A DNA stretch of 64,000 nucleotides from Escherichia coli (GCF_003018115.1 NZ_CP027457.1); one strand, 5' to 3'. Numbered from the stretch's first letter, positions 11,992 to 27,831 are shown. Notes: generated from the sequence alone by a model not told the origin. A program made the numbers and translations.

Positions 11992-12418
11992 ACCGGACTC
12001 CTCCTGCGATCCCTTCTGATACTGTCATCAGCATTACGTCATCCTCCGTCATGTCCGCCACATCCGGGGAAGCGGGGATAACTTCATTCCCTTCCGGGCC
12101 AAAGCGGACGCCTCCGGCAAGCCCTGCCGCTTTCTGCATCAGCACATCATCTTCAGGCTCTTCGTCAGCCTCACGCCGGTTCAGCAGACTGAAATCCAGC
12201 GGATGCATATCCGGATCGCTGAAAAACAGGCTGAGCACGGTGTACGTCAGCCCGGAAAAGTGCATATCCAGCAGAACATCATGAAAATAATGGGTACTGT
12301 AAAAGCGGTGCCAGTCGGCATACTCCGTGGATGACATCCCGGCAAGCATGGCACGCCAGTCGGGTCGCCCCATCTCTCGCGCCAGTTTCAGGGCAAAACT
12401 CAGCTCACCATCGAACAC
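11984..12418 (-). CDS. T: Tail assembly chaperone T (expressed as G-T fusion by -1 frameshift)
   Basis: 144 aa ORF in -1 frame overlapping 3' end of G; lambda T sequence. Confidence 0.8.
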   Translation of the reverse strand: MFDGELSFALKLAREMGRPDWRAMLAGMSSTEYADWHRFYSTHYFHDVLLDMHFSGLTYTVLSLFFSDPDMHPLDFSLLNRREADEEPEDDVLMQKAAGLAGGVRFGPEGNEVIPASPDVADMTEDDVMLMTVSEGIAGGVRYG

Positions 12419-12822
12419 TTTCCCGCAGAAACAGGCTCTGCAGGCCCGGCGTCCTCTGTCTGTTCAGGAGCATCATTCACCACAAACTCATACATACCGG
12501 ACAGCCGGTACACCACGTTTTCAGCATGAGAAATTGCCTCCGTGGGCCAGGTGGTAAGCACTTCCTGCTCAATCTGTTTAACGGCTTCATTCATGGAAGG
12601 CAGCTTTGTCTTCTTCGGATGGTTATGCCACAGGGACATCGCCACCAGAAACGCGCCGGTTCTGATGGCGTCTTCCACAGTAAACTTCCGGTTGCTGTCT
12701 GACTCCGCCTGTTCTGCCTGCCGTTTCATCAGGGCGAGATGCTCAATACGCTGCAGGGCTGACAGTTCAGAAAGCGTGACGGTCACACCGTTATGTTCAA
12801 ATGATTCGGTTTTCAGGAACAT
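12400..12822 (-). CDS. G: Tail assembly chaperone G
   Basis: 140 aa, lambda G sequence. Confidence 0.9.
   Translation of the reverse strand: MFLKTESFEHNGVTVTLSELSALQRIEHLALMKRQAEQAESDSNRKFTVEDAIRTGAFLVAMSLWHNHPKKTKLPSMNEAVKQIEQEVLTTWPTEAISHAENVVYRLSGMYEFVVNDAPEQTEDAGPAEPVSAGKCSMVS
12418..12424 (-). other. Programmed -1 ribosomal frameshift slippery heptamer G GGA AAG (G to G-T fusion)
   Basis: GCGGGAAAG read on minus strand 3 codons before end of G; T frame opens here. Confidence 0.7.
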
Positions 12823-12837
12823 CTCTGACTCCCCGGA

Positions 12838-13578
12838 TTAACTGGCGGTGACGGTGATTTCTGCAACCGCAGCAAACTCACCATTACCGGATACAACCGG
12901 AATGTTGACCTTGCCTGCAGCAACGCCGTTCACGGTGATGGTCATACCACTGACCGACACGGTGGCTTTTGTTTTATCCGCAGACACCGCACGAAAGCTC
13001 TTGTCGGTTACGCCCTCCGGCTGGAAGGCCACGGTCAGCGTGGTGCTCTGCCCTTTCACCACCGAGGTGCTGGCAGGCGTCACGGTCATGCCGGTTGCCG
13101 CTGTTACCGTGCTGCGATCTTCTGCCATCGACGGACGTCCCACATTGGTGACTTTCACCGTGCGGGTGATCACTTCCTTCGCCGTCACCGCCTTACCGAT
13201 ACTGCTGACCCAGCCACGGAACACATCGACCGTGCCGTTCGGGAAGCGGATTTTATAGGCACGGGTATCGCCTTCATTAAACCACGCCAGCAGCGCCTGC
13301 TGCCCCTGCTCTCCGGGCATCCACGCCAGCGTGAAGCTGGTATCTCCGGCAGATTTCTGCCCCTGCCCGGTCGCAGTCCAGTCTGCATCTTCATCATCGA
13401 GATAGCTGTCGTCATAGGACTCAGCGGTCAGTTCGCCGGGCGTCAGGTCTTTAACTTTTGCCAGACGCGACCAGTCAACGTCTGAAAGCGGATTCGCATA
13501 AGGGTCACCGCTCCCCTTATAAACCCACAGGGTGGTCCCGGCACCTTTCACCGGCATTGTAGGATTTGGTACAGGCAT
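12838..13578 (-). CDS. V: Major tail protein V (with C-terminal Ig-like domain)
   Basis: ORF track 12838-13608; start trimmed to Met11 to give the 246 aa lambda V. Confidence 0.9.
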
Positions 13579-13585
13579 AGCGTCC

Positions 13586-13981
13586 TCACATTTCATAGGT
13601 AATGACATAAGTCAGATCGGCTGAACTCCACAGGCCCGCATCATCGTCGCGCCGGTAGTCATAGCCGCTGGCCACCATACTGGTGATCAAATCTGACAGT
13701 GCCGGGATATCGCTCATCACCGGATAAATCCGGGACTCCATCCACGCATCCAGCTCTGAATCCGGCACCTGAGCAGGCAGGAAAACTTCGATATGCAGCT
13801 CCGCCTGCCAGGTATCGCTGTCCAGCTCTTCGCCCGTGTATTCAGCGCCGGTGAGATAAACGGCAACTGCCGGAAAATCCGCCTCATCAAAAACAGCGGG
13901 GCGACCATCAAAAAACGTCGCCCCGGTGTCATGCTTCTCCAGTGCATCCAGTACGGCTGCACGGAGTTCAGTATGTTTCAT
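13586..13981 (-). CDS. U: Tail terminator protein U
   Basis: 131 aa, lambda U sequence. Confidence 0.9.
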
Positions 13982-14556
13982 CGCTTTATTACCATCCTCA
14001 GTTGATGCTGCAGCGCATAGCCCAGCTCTTTCGGAAGACGTTCACGCCGTATCCGCTCAATATTCTGTTTAAACGCCGTGGTCAGCGGCACCGCCATCGG
14101 GATTTTCACCACATCAATGGGGTAACGGTTTTTCCCGGCCACACGCTGCATGACATGCCACCGGCCATTTTTCAGTTGCTGAATAAACGCGCCGGGAATA
14201 CGACGGTTACCCACCACAAGCACGCTGCCGCCACCTTTCAGGGATGAACGCTGCCCCTTTTTACGACGCCTGCGGCGCGAAAGGACAACCCGCGCATTAC
14301 CCAGCTTGATTACGGGCAAATCCCCCCGGTTAACTTTGATTCTGGCCTGCGGATTTTTGACCGTGGCCCTTTTCAGCCTGGCCCTTTCCTTTACCAGTTT
14401 CCGGCGTACCTTTGTCTCACGGGCAACTTGTGACGCCGACTGCGATATCGCGGATGAAGCAACGCGGTTAATGGCCATTGCGGCGGCACCAGGCACCGCC
14501 GTTTTGCTGATACGGCTGAGGTTTTCAACGGCCTGCTCAAGACCTTTTATGGCCAT
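13978..14556 (-). CDS. Z: Tail completion protein Z
   Basis: 192 aa, lambda Z sequence. Confidence 0.9.
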   Translation of the reverse strand: MAIKGLEQAVENLSRISKTAVPGAAAMAINRVASSAISQSASQVARETKVRRKLVKERARLKRATVKNPQARIKVNRGDLPVIKLGNARVVLSRRRRRKKGQRSSLKGGGSVLVVGNRRIPGAFIQQLKNGRWHVMQRVAGKNRYPIDVVKIPMAVPLTTAFKQNIERIRRERLPKELGYALQHQLRMVIKR

Positions 14557-14567
14557 ACATCCCCCTT

Positions 14568-14921
14568 TCAGCGGCGACGGTTAACGGCAGGCGGTACGCC
14601 CCGTCCAAGCCAGAGATGACAACTTCCGCCATCATCCGGCGAAACCCGATCTACCCAGAAATTTTCCTCACCGATGGTCAGCGTGTCTCCACGCCGCAGC
14701 TGCCGCACCTCATCAGTCCGGACAAACAGGGACGGGCTGGAGCCTTCAACGCGCACGCCCTGTCCGGCATAGCTGATATTTTCAGGGTCATCAAAAACAC
14801 CACGTATCACCGCACCTGACTGCTCACCGGATGTCATGGTGGCTGACGTTCCCATGTACCCGCGTATCGTTTCATCGGCGCGGGCAATGGCAGCATCGAA
14901 CAGGTTATCGAAATCAGCCAC
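14568..14921 (-). CDS. FII: Head-tail connector protein FII
   Basis: 117 aa, lambda FII sequence. Confidence 0.9.
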   Translation of the reverse strand: MADFDNLFDAAIARADETIRGYMGTSATMTSGEQSGAVIRGVFDDPENISYAGQGVRVEGSSPSLFVRTDEVRQLRRGDTLTIGEENFWVDRVSPDDGGSCHLWLGRGVPPAVNRRR

Positions 14922-14932
14922 AGCGCCTCCCG

Positions 14933-15331
14933 TTATTGCATTCTGGCCAGGCCGCGCTCTGTCATTTCGGCTGCCACACCGGCAGAGACACGAAACGCCG
15001 TTCCCGGCAGCACAAATGCCACAGGTTCATCCCGCGTGGCGTGAAGTGCATCAGTATGCAGCTTCACCAGTGCCACGACCGTGACCAGTTCAGACGTATC
15101 CAGAATCACGGTATCCGGCTGCGCTGATCCCACCTCATTTTCATGTCCGGTCAGCACATTTTCCCGGCTGAGAGGGGTGTCCTGACCGGCAGTTTCATCC
15201 GTGTCATCAAGCTCCTCTTCCAGCTCTGCCACACGGAGCGCCAGTTCTTCTTTCGTCCCCGTCAGGCTGACATCACGGTTCAGTTGTTCACCCAGCGAGC
15301 GGAGACGGGCAATCAGTTCATCTTTCGTCAT
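14933..15331 (-). CDS. FI: DNA packaging protein FI
   Basis: ORF track 14933-15370; trimmed to MTKDELIARL start, 132 aa as lambda FI. Confidence 0.85.
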   Translation of the reverse strand: MTKDELIARLRSLGEQLNRDVSLTGTKEELALRVAELEEELDDTDETAGQDTPLSRENVLTGHENEVGSAQPDTVILDTSELVTVVALVKLHTDALHATRDEPVAFVLPGTAFRVSAGVAAEMTERGLARMQ

Positions 15332-15372
15332 GGACTCCTCCACAGAGAAACAATGGCCCCGAAGGGCCATGA

Positions 15373-16398
15373 TTACGCCAGTTGTACGGACACGAACTCA
15401 TCAGGGTCAGCCAGCAGCATCAGCGGTGCTGACTGAATCATGGTGAACTCACGCGCCGGATCGCCGGTGGTCACCCAGTTTTTCGGGTAACGGGCAGAGG
15501 CGTTAATGCCTTCGCGCTGTGCGTCCGCATCCTGAATGCAGCCATAGGTGCGCAGACCGCGTGCCTGAGTGTTCCCCAGCACCATCGTGTTGTCCGGCAG
15601 GAAGTTCTTTTTGACGCCGTTTTCCACGTACTGTCCGGAATACACGACGATGGCCACATCGCCATACATCCCCTTATAGGACACCGCTTTGCCCAGGTCT
15701 TTCACCGCTGTCTCCAGCTCGGAATGAGAGCCACGACGGGTATCCAGCTTCTCCTTGACGGCTTTGAAGGAACGGAACAGCGCCCAGCCTTTCGGATCGA
15801 ACACGATGATATTCACCACACCGCTGGCGTTCAGCGCGTAGGCTTCGATATCGTCGGTCGGGTCATACGTGGACTTGTCACGCTTGCTCCACTCCGTGCC
15901 GCCGGACTGCGTGATGTTATTCTCCTCACTGCGGCCCATATCCACCTCAACCGGATCGAAGGCTTCACCGGTCATGGTGTATTTGCCCTTAAGCACGGCA
16001 GAAACTGCCTGCATCTCTTCGACCTGAGCAATGGCCAGCTCTTCGTCACGCATGTTCTGCATGATGATGCGACGGCGGCGGTAAGCCGGGTCCGCCAGAT
16101 TCTGCGGATCTTCATCCGGCAGGCGACGCAGGGTCATCTGCGGATTCACTTCATGCTTCGGCTTGACATATCCCGGCGTAAATTCAGAGGTGGAGCCGCC
16201 ACGGGAACGGATAACCTCACCGGAAACAATCGGCGAAACGTACAGCGCCATGTTTACCAGTCCCGGAATTTGTGAGAGATAGACTTTCTCCGTGGTGAAG
16301 GGATAGCTCTCACGGAAAAAGAGACGCAGAAACAGCGGATCAAACTTAAATTTCTGCTCATTTGCCGCCAGCAGTTGGGCGGTTGTGTACATCGACAT
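15373..16398 (-). CDS. E: Major capsid protein E
   Basis: 341 aa, lambda E sequence. Confidence 0.95.
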   Translation of the reverse strand: MSMYTTAQLLAANEQKFKFDPLFLRLFFRESYPFTTEKVYLSQIPGLVNMALYVSPIVSGEVIRSRGGSTSEFTPGYVKPKHEVNPQMTLRRLPDEDPQNLADPAYRRRRIIMQNMRDEELAIAQVEEMQAVSAVLKGKYTMTGEAFDPVEVDMGRSEENNITQSGGTEWSKRDKSTYDPTDDIEAYALNASGVVNIIVFDPKGWALFRSFKAVKEKLDTRRGSHSELETAVKDLGKAVSYKGMYGDVAIVVYSGQYVENGVKKNFLPDNTMVLGNTQARGLRTYGCIQDADAQREGINASARYPKNWVTTGDPAREFTMIQSAPLMLLADPDEFVSVQLA

Positions 16399-16454
16399 AA
16401 AAAAATCCCGTAAAAAAAAGCCGCACAGGCGGCCTTTAGTGATGAAGGGTAAAG

Positions 16455-16787
16455 TTAAACGATGCTGATTGCCGTTCCGGCAAACGCGGTCCGTTTTTTC
16501 GTCTCGTCGCTGGCAGCCTCCGGCCAGAGCACATCCTCATAACGGAACGTGCCGGACTTGTAGAACGTCAGCGTGGTGCTGGTCTGGTCAGCAGCAACCG
16601 CAAGAATGCCAACGGCAGCACCGTCGGTGGTGCCATCCCACGCAACCAGCTTACGGCTGGAGGTGTCCAGCATCAGCGGGGTCATTGCAGGCGCTTTCGC
16701 ACTCAATCCGCCGGGCGCGGTTGCGGTATGAGCCGGGTCACTGTTGCCCAGCGGCTGGTAATGGGTAAAGGTTTCTTTGCTCGTCAT
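16455..16787 (-). CDS. D: Capsid decoration protein D
   Basis: ORF track 16455-16793; trimmed to MTSKETF start, 110 aa as lambda D. Confidence 0.9.
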   Translation of the reverse strand: MTSKETFTHYQPLGNSDPAHTATAPGGLSAKAPAMTPLMLDTSSRKLVAWDGTTDGAAVGILAVAADQTSTTLTFYKSGTFRYEDVLWPEAASDETKKRTAFAGTAISIV

Positions 16788-16796
16788 AAACATCCC

Positions 16797-17402
16797 TTAC
16801 ACTGGTGTGTTCAGCAAATCGTTAACGGCATCAGATGCCGGGTTACCTGCAGCCAGCGGTGCCGGTGCCCCCTGCATCAGACGATCCAGCGCAGTGTCAC
16901 TGCGCGCCTGTGCACTCTGTGGTGCTGCGGCCAGAATGCGGCGGGCCGTTTCCACGGTCATACCGGGGGTTTCTGCCAGCACGCGTGCCTGTTCTTCGCG
17001 TCCGTGAGCCTCCTCACAGTTGAGGATCCCCATAATGCGGCTGTTTTCTGCCGCAACCGCTGCGGTGATCTGCGCGTTCACGTCCGGCTGCGCCGCGCTG
17101 GCGTTTTCGCCCTCCGTCGCTGGCACCACGTCAGTAACGTCAGCCTGCGAAGCAGTGGCTGAAACAGTTGTTGATTGAGTCTCTTTGGTCATTCGCCCTC
17201 CTGAGAGACGGGATTTACGTGCATCCAGTGCATCACGCATGACGGTGATCGCATCGGTGCTGTTAACAAGTTCATCAGCCAGTCCGGCATCAATGGCCTC
17301 CTGACCGCTGTACACTGCAGCCTCGGTATCCAGCACAGCCTGCACGGACAGGCCGGTATATGCCGACACCTTCTGCGCAAACATCTGGCGGGTTGCGTCC
17401 AT
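16797..17402 (-). CDS. nu3: Scaffolding protein Nu3 (in-frame internal start within C)
   Basis: C-terminal 201 codons of C beginning MDATRQMFAQK, by analogy with lambda. Confidence 0.65.
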   Translation of the reverse strand: MDATRQMFAQKVSAYTGLSVQAVLDTEAAVYSGQEAIDAGLADELVNSTDAITVMRDALDARKSRLSGGRMTKETQSTTVSATASQADVTDVVPATEGENASAAQPDVNAQITAAVAAENSRIMGILNCEEAHGREEQARVLAETPGMTVETARRILAAAPQSAQARSDTALDRLMQGAPAPLAAGNPASDAVNDLLNTPV

Positions 17403-18096
17403 CCGGGACTGCAGTGTCTCCCGGACGTCATCCGGAAGATGGCTGTAGGGGTTGCCATCCACCTTATGGCTGCCGCTGTAAATCAGAGTGATTTCCACAC
17501 CCTGTTTCTCCAGCGCAGCACCGTAATTACTGTGAGCCATCATGACGCCGATGGAGCCTGTCCGGGCGGTCTGCGTGACCAGACGCCGGGAGGCGGCACT
17601 GGCAAGCAGCTGACCTGCACTGCAGTTCATGTCGTTGGCCAGCGCCCATACCGGTTTTATGTCACGCACACGGGCGATGATGTCAGCGCAGTCAAATGCC
17701 CCCGCCACCATCCCGCCGGGCGTGTCCATATCGAGCAGAATGCCGTCCACCATCGGATCGCTGGCAGCCTGTTGCAGACGGGCGATAATGCCGTTGTAAC
17801 CGGTCATCCCCGAGTACGGCTGCAGCGCCCGCGTCCGGCTGACCAGCGTGCCGGACACCGGCAGCACGGCGATGCCGTTCATGACCTGATAACTGCGGGC
17901 CTGTCGTGGTCCGTCATCATCACCGGATAATGCCAGCGTCGCGAGTGCCTCCTGGGCAGTCAGGCTGTCGCCGGACACCGCATCCATCAGGCGGCTGATC
18001 CCAAGCTGGCCTGCAAGCGCACAAAAGAAAACCCGCGCATAGGCGGGTTCAAGCATCAGCGGCTCATTAAAAGCCATGCTGGCAATATGCGGGAGA

Positions 18097-18116
<20 letters not shown>
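16797..18116 (-). CDS. C: Capsid assembly protease C
   Basis: 439 aa from GTG (CAC on plus strand at 18114-18116); 20-nt overlap with B as in lambda. Confidence 0.9.
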
Positions 18117-21797
<3,681 letters not shown>

Positions 21798-21823
<26 letters not shown>

Positions 21824-22343
21824 TCAGCAACCCCGGTATCAGTTCATCCAGCGCGGCTGCTTTGTTCATGGCTTTGATGATATCCCGTTTCAGGAAATCA
21901 ACATGTCGGTTTTCCAGTTCCGGAAAACGCCGCTGCACCGACAGGGGGATCCCGTCGAGAATACTGGCAATTTCACCTGCGATCCGCGACAGCACGAAAG
22001 TACAGAATGCGGTTTCCACCACTTCAGCGGAGTCTCTGGCATTTTTCAGCTCCTGTGCGTCGGCCTGCGCACGCGTAAGTCGATGGCGTTCGTACTCAAT
22101 AGTCCCTGGCTGGAGATCTGTCTCGCTGGCCTGCCGCAGTTCTTCAACTTCCCGGCGCAGCTTTTCGTTCTCAATTTCAGCATCCCTTTCGGCATACCAT
22201 CTTATAACGGCGGCAGAGTCATAAAGCACCTCATTACCCTTGCCACCGCCTCGCAGAACGGGCATTCCCTGTTCCTGCCAGTTCTGAATGGTACGGATAC
22301 TCGCACCGAAAATGTCAGCCAGCTGCTTTTTGTTGACTTCCAT
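21798..22343 (-). CDS. nu1: Terminase small subunit Nu1
   Basis: 181 aa, lambda Nu1 sequence with N-terminal HTH. Confidence 0.9.
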
Positions 22344-22344
22344 T

Positions 22345-22600
22345 GTTCATTCCACGGCCAAAAACAGAGAAAGGAAACGACAGAGGCCCAAAAGCTCGTT
22401 TTCAGCACCTGTCGTTTCCTTTCTTTTCAGGGGGTATTTTAAATAAAAACATTAAGTTACGACGAAGAAGAACGGAAATGCCTTAAACCGGAAAATTTTC
22501 ATAAATAGCGAAAACCCGCGAGGTCGCCGCCCCGTAACCTGTCGGATCGCCGGAAAGGACCCGCAAAATGATAATAATTATCATCTGCATGTCACAACGT
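22345..22600. other. cos packaging site (cosB / cosN / cosQ); cosN 12-nt cohesive end near 22521-22532
   Basis: Reverse complement of AGGTCGCCGCCC = GGGCGGCGACCT with lambda left-end and right-end flanking sequence on either side. Confidence 0.85.
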
Positions 22601-22731
22601 GCATCTACGCCATCAAACCACGTCAAATAATCAATTATGACGCAGGTATCATATTAATTGATCTGCATCAACTTAACGTAAAAACAACTTCAGACAATAC
22701 AAATCAGCGACACTGAATACGGGGCAACCTC

Positions 22732-22965
22732 ATGTCAACGAAGAACAGAACCCGCAGAACAACAACCCGCAACATCCGCTTTCCTAACCAAATGATTGAA
22801 CAAATTAACATCGCTCTTGAGCAAAAAGGGTCCGGGAATTTCTCAGCCTGGGTCATTGAAGCCTGCCGCCGGAGACTGTGCTCAGAAAAAAGAGTTTCTT
22901 CTGAAGCAAACAAAGAAAAGAGTGACATTACTGAATTGCTCAGAAAACAGGTCAGACCAGATTGA
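22732..22965 (+). CDS. Small prophage protein, YlcI/YnfO-like (DUF3950-type)
   Basis: 77 aa ORF just beyond cos; family assignment from memory only. Confidence 0.45.
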   Translation: MSTKNRTRRTTTRNIRFPNQMIEQINIALEQKGSGNFSAWVIEACRRRLCSEKRVSSEANKEKSDITELLRKQVRPD

Positions 22966-23007
22966 AGCAATTTAGATAATCGTGCAGACTACGCCCCCTC
23001 ATATCAC

Positions 23008-23433
23008 ATGGAAGGTTTATCTATGGATCAGGTAGTCATTTTTAAACAAATATTTGATAAAGTTCGAAACGATTTAAACTATCAATGGTTTTATTCTGAG
23101 CTAAAACGTCACAATGTCTCACATTACATTTACTATTTAGCCACAGAGAATGTTCATATTGTATTAAAAAATGATAATACAGTGTTATTAAAGGGCCTAA
23201 AAAACATTGTGTCTGTCAAATTTTCAAAGGATAGGCATCTTATAGAAACGACCTCTAATAAGCTGAAATCCAGAGAGATCACATTTCAGGAATACAGAAG
23301 AAACCTTGCTAAAGCAGGAGTTTTTCGGTGGGTTACAAATATCCACGAACAAAAAAGATATTACTATACCTTTGATAATTCATTACTATTTACTGAAAGC
23401 ATCCAGAAAACTACACAGATCTTACCACGCTAA
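23008..23433 (+). CDS. ydfO: YdfO/YbcV-like prophage protein (DUF1398-type)
   Basis: 141 aa, position between cos and gnsB as in K-12 Qin. Confidence 0.55.
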
Positions 23434-23584
23434 ACCATAACGTCCGGCTTCTCTCACTCCTGAGCCGGACTGCATTGGTTTAATAAAAACCATCAACAAT
23501 TGTGATTTAGATATTCGGAACCATTCAAATATAACAAAACCCCGTAAAAACGAGGTTTATGGATAAATTTTATTATTGAATACA

Positions 23585-23761
23585 TCAGATTAAATTAATC
23601 TTGACATCATAGCTTTCAAGACCCGTCATTTTTTCCCGTGCGGTAAACTGAATACTGGTAACTTCTTTCCCGGTCTTTTTCTTAAGTTCAATAATTTTTT
23701 TTGTTATATATTCAGAAATATCTGCTTCTGCTTTTGTTTTTAAGTTTTCAATATTCATCAT
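23585..23761 (-). CDS. gnsB: GnsB (GnsA/GnsB family)
   Basis: Hand-translated 58 aa MMNIENLKTKAEADISEYITKKIIELKKKTGKEVTSIQFTAREKMTGLESYDVKINLI; below ORF-track length cutoff. Confidence 0.7.
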   Translation of the reverse strand: MMNIENLKTKAEADISEYITKKIIELKKKTGKEVTSIQFTAREKMTGLESYDVKINLI

Positions 23762-23929
23762 TTCCTCTTTTAGTCTGTTATGACTTTCCAGTTACACAGT
23801 AAGTCGATTATATGGTGCAAACGTGTAAAAGATAAGATGAAACATCGCAATAATCAACATACGATAGTCTAAATTTTACACAAACAGACAAAGAGAATTT
23901 TCCTGAATTATCAATGCAATAGCATCAAA

Positions 23930-24202
23930 TCAACTCAAGAGCCTTATTGCTGCTTCCAGAATTTCTTCTGAAGTAACATGTCGATCCGCGGCTACATAAA
24001 TGACTTTATGATCTCCGGTCAGAGATGGAAACCCTGCGGCCATTACAGTAAGGTGTGTTTTTTCGCCATTTGGATATTCACGCATGATGGTGTTAACTCC
24101 AGTCATCGCTGGCACTACCACTGCTGGTTCAGAGTTAAAAAAAACTATGATTTTTTTCATGATGTTACCGTAGTATGTGAGTATCCATCGAATAGACACC
24201 AA
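23930..24202 (-). CDS. Hypothetical small protein at the ynfN position
   Basis: 90 aa ORF between gnsB and cspI; true start may be internal. Confidence 0.4.
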   Translation of the reverse strand: MVSIRWILTYYGNIMKKIIVFFNSEPAVVVPAMTGVNTIMREYPNGEKTHLTVMAAGFPSLTGDHKVIYVAADRHVTSEEILEAAIRLLS

Positions 24203-24431
24203 GCAAAAAAGCTCCCGAAGGAGCCTTCATTTTCACTTTTTTAAATCCAACGACAGACGGCTGGCATTTAAGTATTGTGAAATATTATCAAATGTAATCA
24301 TCATTGATTTACAAAAGATACATTTTGCCCCGAAAGGATTCATGTCAGAAACATCAAAAGATGATGTTCTATACTGGGAACCATGACAACACGGGCATCT
24401 AAAGTGAATATGGTTTGTAATATTGTCTACC

Positions 24432-24644
24432 TCAAAGCGCCACTACATGAACAGCGGCAGGACCTTTAGGTCCGTTCTCAATACCAAATTCAACTTCCTG
24501 ATTCTCAGTTAATGTTTTGAAATCGTTGCTCTGAATTGCTGAGAAATGGACAAACACATCTTTGCTGCCATCTTTCGGCGTGATGAAACCAAAACCTTTT
24601 TCAGGGTTAAACCATTTCACTAAACCAGTCATTTTGTTAGACAT
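24432..24644 (-). CDS. cspI: Cold shock protein CspI
   Basis: 70 aa CspA-family sequence [23 protein letters not shown]. Confidence 0.9.
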   Translation of the reverse strand: MSNKMTGLVKWFNPEKGFGFITPKDGSKDVFVHFSAIQSNDFKTLTENQEVEFGIENGPKGPAAVHVVAL

Positions 24645-25006
24645 AATTATTACCTTTTGAAGAAATTAGCCCTTGGGCAGAATGGTCCGAAAAAAAATAT
24701 CAGAGAGAAAAACCAACAAGGAAATCTCAAGAGGTACAAATAATAAAATTATAACAATGACTGCTTCAGATAAATTTGTAACAAACCAGAACACCATTAA
24801 CGCATGATTAACCACCCATAGCAAGGATTACTTTTGTAAAGAAAAACACAGCAATGAAAGAATAGCTTTATTTATTAATAAAACGTGTCATTCTGATTAA
24901 GACCTTTTATCTTACCCTTAAGATTTCAGGAATTTTGGCTCATGGAAGAGTCCTTTTTATTTAAATTTTACATTCCGCGATGTAAATGTTCCGATTTAAT
25001 ATTACC

Positions 25007-26030
<1,024 letters not shown>

Positions 26031-26034
<4 letters not shown>

Positions 26035-26342
26035 AGATATTTATGATGAGGACGCTCGTGCTTATTGGCAGGATTTTCAATCTTAAAGGAGTACTGATGC
26101 TGCAGATAAGACTCAACTTTTTCTGACAATTTTTCTGCTACTTCCAGGAAGACTTGCCGGACGCTCCTTCTGGCTGCTGCCTCATAAAACTCCAGCGCAG
26201 CTCCTTCAACACGGTCCATGGCGACATCCAGGTCAAAAATTTCACCGTCAAAGCGTTCTTTGTCCTGTAAGGCTACAGTTACCGTAACTTTATTCTCAAA
26301 ATTACGGACTCCTTTCACAACCAGTTCATAGTCTTGAGTCAT
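26031..26342 (-). CDS. ydfR: YdfR-like protein of unknown function between holin and endolysin
   Basis: 103 aa, no TM segment; 4-nt overlap with endolysin start. Confidence 0.75.
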
Positions 26343-26346
26343 TGGA

Positions 26347-26562
26347 TTACTCTCCTCTCGCAGCCTTACGCCTGTCTTCTTTAATCTTGAAATAAAGATT
26401 TGTCAGATACGTCAGCAGGCCAAAAACCAGGCTACCCAGCACACCGATTGCAGCCCACTGTGACGGAGTTACTTTATCGAGTAACTGCAATGCCCAGAAA
26501 CCAGCATTACCCGCCGATGTGCCATAGGCAACACCTGTTGTTAACTTATCCATTGATTTCAT
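26347..26562 (-). CDS. essQ: Holin (S21-type pinholin family)
   Basis: ORF track 26347-26637; trimmed to [18 protein letters not shown] start with GAGGA Shine-Dalgarno, 71 aa, two TM segments. Confidence 0.85.
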   Translation of the reverse strand: MKSMDKLTTGVAYGTSAGNAGFWALQLLDKVTPSQWAAIGVLGSLVFGLLTYLTNLYFKIKEDRRKAARGE

Positions 26563-26781
26563 ATCCTCACCCCGATGTACACGGATGGTGCAATATGTTT
26601 GAAAAGATCGGAGTCTACGGGGTAGTTTTGACAGCACACGTTGTTCTCAACGGCGCTAAAAAAACATACACATTAAAAATGTGGGTAATTATTTTGAAAG
26701 AAAGTCATATATAAAATAATAATACGAGAAATGTTTTCATATTTAGTGTACTGTATACGGCCATTTATACAGGAAAAGCCT

Positions 26782-26952
26782 ATGTCAGAACGTAAAAACT
26801 CAAAATCACGCCGTAATTATCTCGTTAAATGTTCCTGCCCAAACTGCACCCAAGAGTCAGAACACAGTTTTTCAAGAGTACAAAAAGGTGCCCTTTTGAT
26901 CTGCCCTCATTGCAACAAAGTATTCCAGACAAATCTTAAAGCTGTAGCCTGA
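26782..26952 (+). CDS. Small zinc-ribbon protein (C-x2-C ... C-x2-C)
   Basis: 56 aa from ATG after AGGAAAA; CPNC ... CPHC motifs. Confidence 0.5.
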   Translation: MSERKNSKSRRNYLVKCSCPNCTQESEHSFSRVQKGALLICPHCNKVFQTNLKAVA

Positions 26953-27017
26953 TTGATTTTATTAGTAACAAGTATTTTTTATATTTTAATAATATATTTA
27001 AAGCAGATAATAAAAAA

Positions 27018-27045
27018 CCCGCCTGAGCGGGTTTGAGATTGTGGT
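27018..27045 (-). terminator. Rho-independent terminator downstream of cspB
   Basis: GCGGG-loop-CCCGC stem followed by TTTTTT on minus strand. Confidence 0.5.
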
Positions 27046-27315
27046 GCTTTTTGTGGGAGTCATCCACTTACGCACTTTGTTTTGCCATGCCAGCAGTTAG
27101 CTTCTGCTGTAAAACTATTCATGCAGCAAACCTGCACTTCACCACAATGGTTAGCATACTTTTCCTGATTAAGATTTTGCCAAATATGCTAGCCATTGTT
27201 TCATGTATTGGACCTCCTTACTTTTTATTAAAGAGATCCAATATTCACTACTCTGTCCGTATCTCTACTCAGGCATCAGCCTTCTTCGTTATCGTATACA
27301 GACGAGCGATGAATT

Positions 27316-27531
27316 TTAATCAGTAATGATGACATTTGCTGCTGCAGGACCTTTAGCACCACTCTCTATAGAGAAGGTAACCTTTTGACCTTCAAATAAG
27401 GTTCGATAATTATCATTCTGAATCGCAGAAAAATGCACAAACACATCTTTACTACCATCAACAGGAGAAATAAAGCCGAAACCTTTATCAGCGTTAAACC
27501 ATTTTACTAAACCAGTCATTTTATTTGACAT
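27316..27531 (-). CDS. cspB: Cold shock protein CspB
   Basis: 71 aa CspA-family sequence [23 protein letters not shown]. Confidence 0.9.
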   Translation of the reverse strand: MSNKMTGLVKWFNADKGFGFISPVDGSKDVFVHFSAIQNDNYRTLFEGQKVTFSIESGAKGPAAANVIITD

Positions 27532-27831
27532 TCTACATTCCTTAACTTGAGCCTTTCGGCATAAATGGTTTGCATAACAGAAACGACTTCGTACTTAATT
27601 GGAGAGACTCAAAGAAGGAATAAGTGAATAACACCTGAAATGAGAACTGCTTTAGTAAACTACTTCGTATATCGTCTGTTCTTCAAACCGACGCAATCAT
27701 TAACGCATAGTTGAACATATGAAGCAATGTTTATTTTAGACATCCAGCCATCTTCAACCCCATCAAAAAACTATAGCTTTCTTCAGGAACGTGTGTATAG
27801 TGCGCCAAGTTATCAGTATTAAGGAATTTTT

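Noticed and set aside
22704-22970. 88-aa minus-strand ORF
   Set aside because: Overlaps the plus-strand 77-aa ORF, which has the better start context and fits the YlcI/YnfO-like position; only one is likely real.
27033-27326. 97-aa hydrophobic plus-strand ORF
   Set aside because: Lies across the cspB terminator and 3' region, no Shine-Dalgarno, Cys/Phe-rich junk composition.
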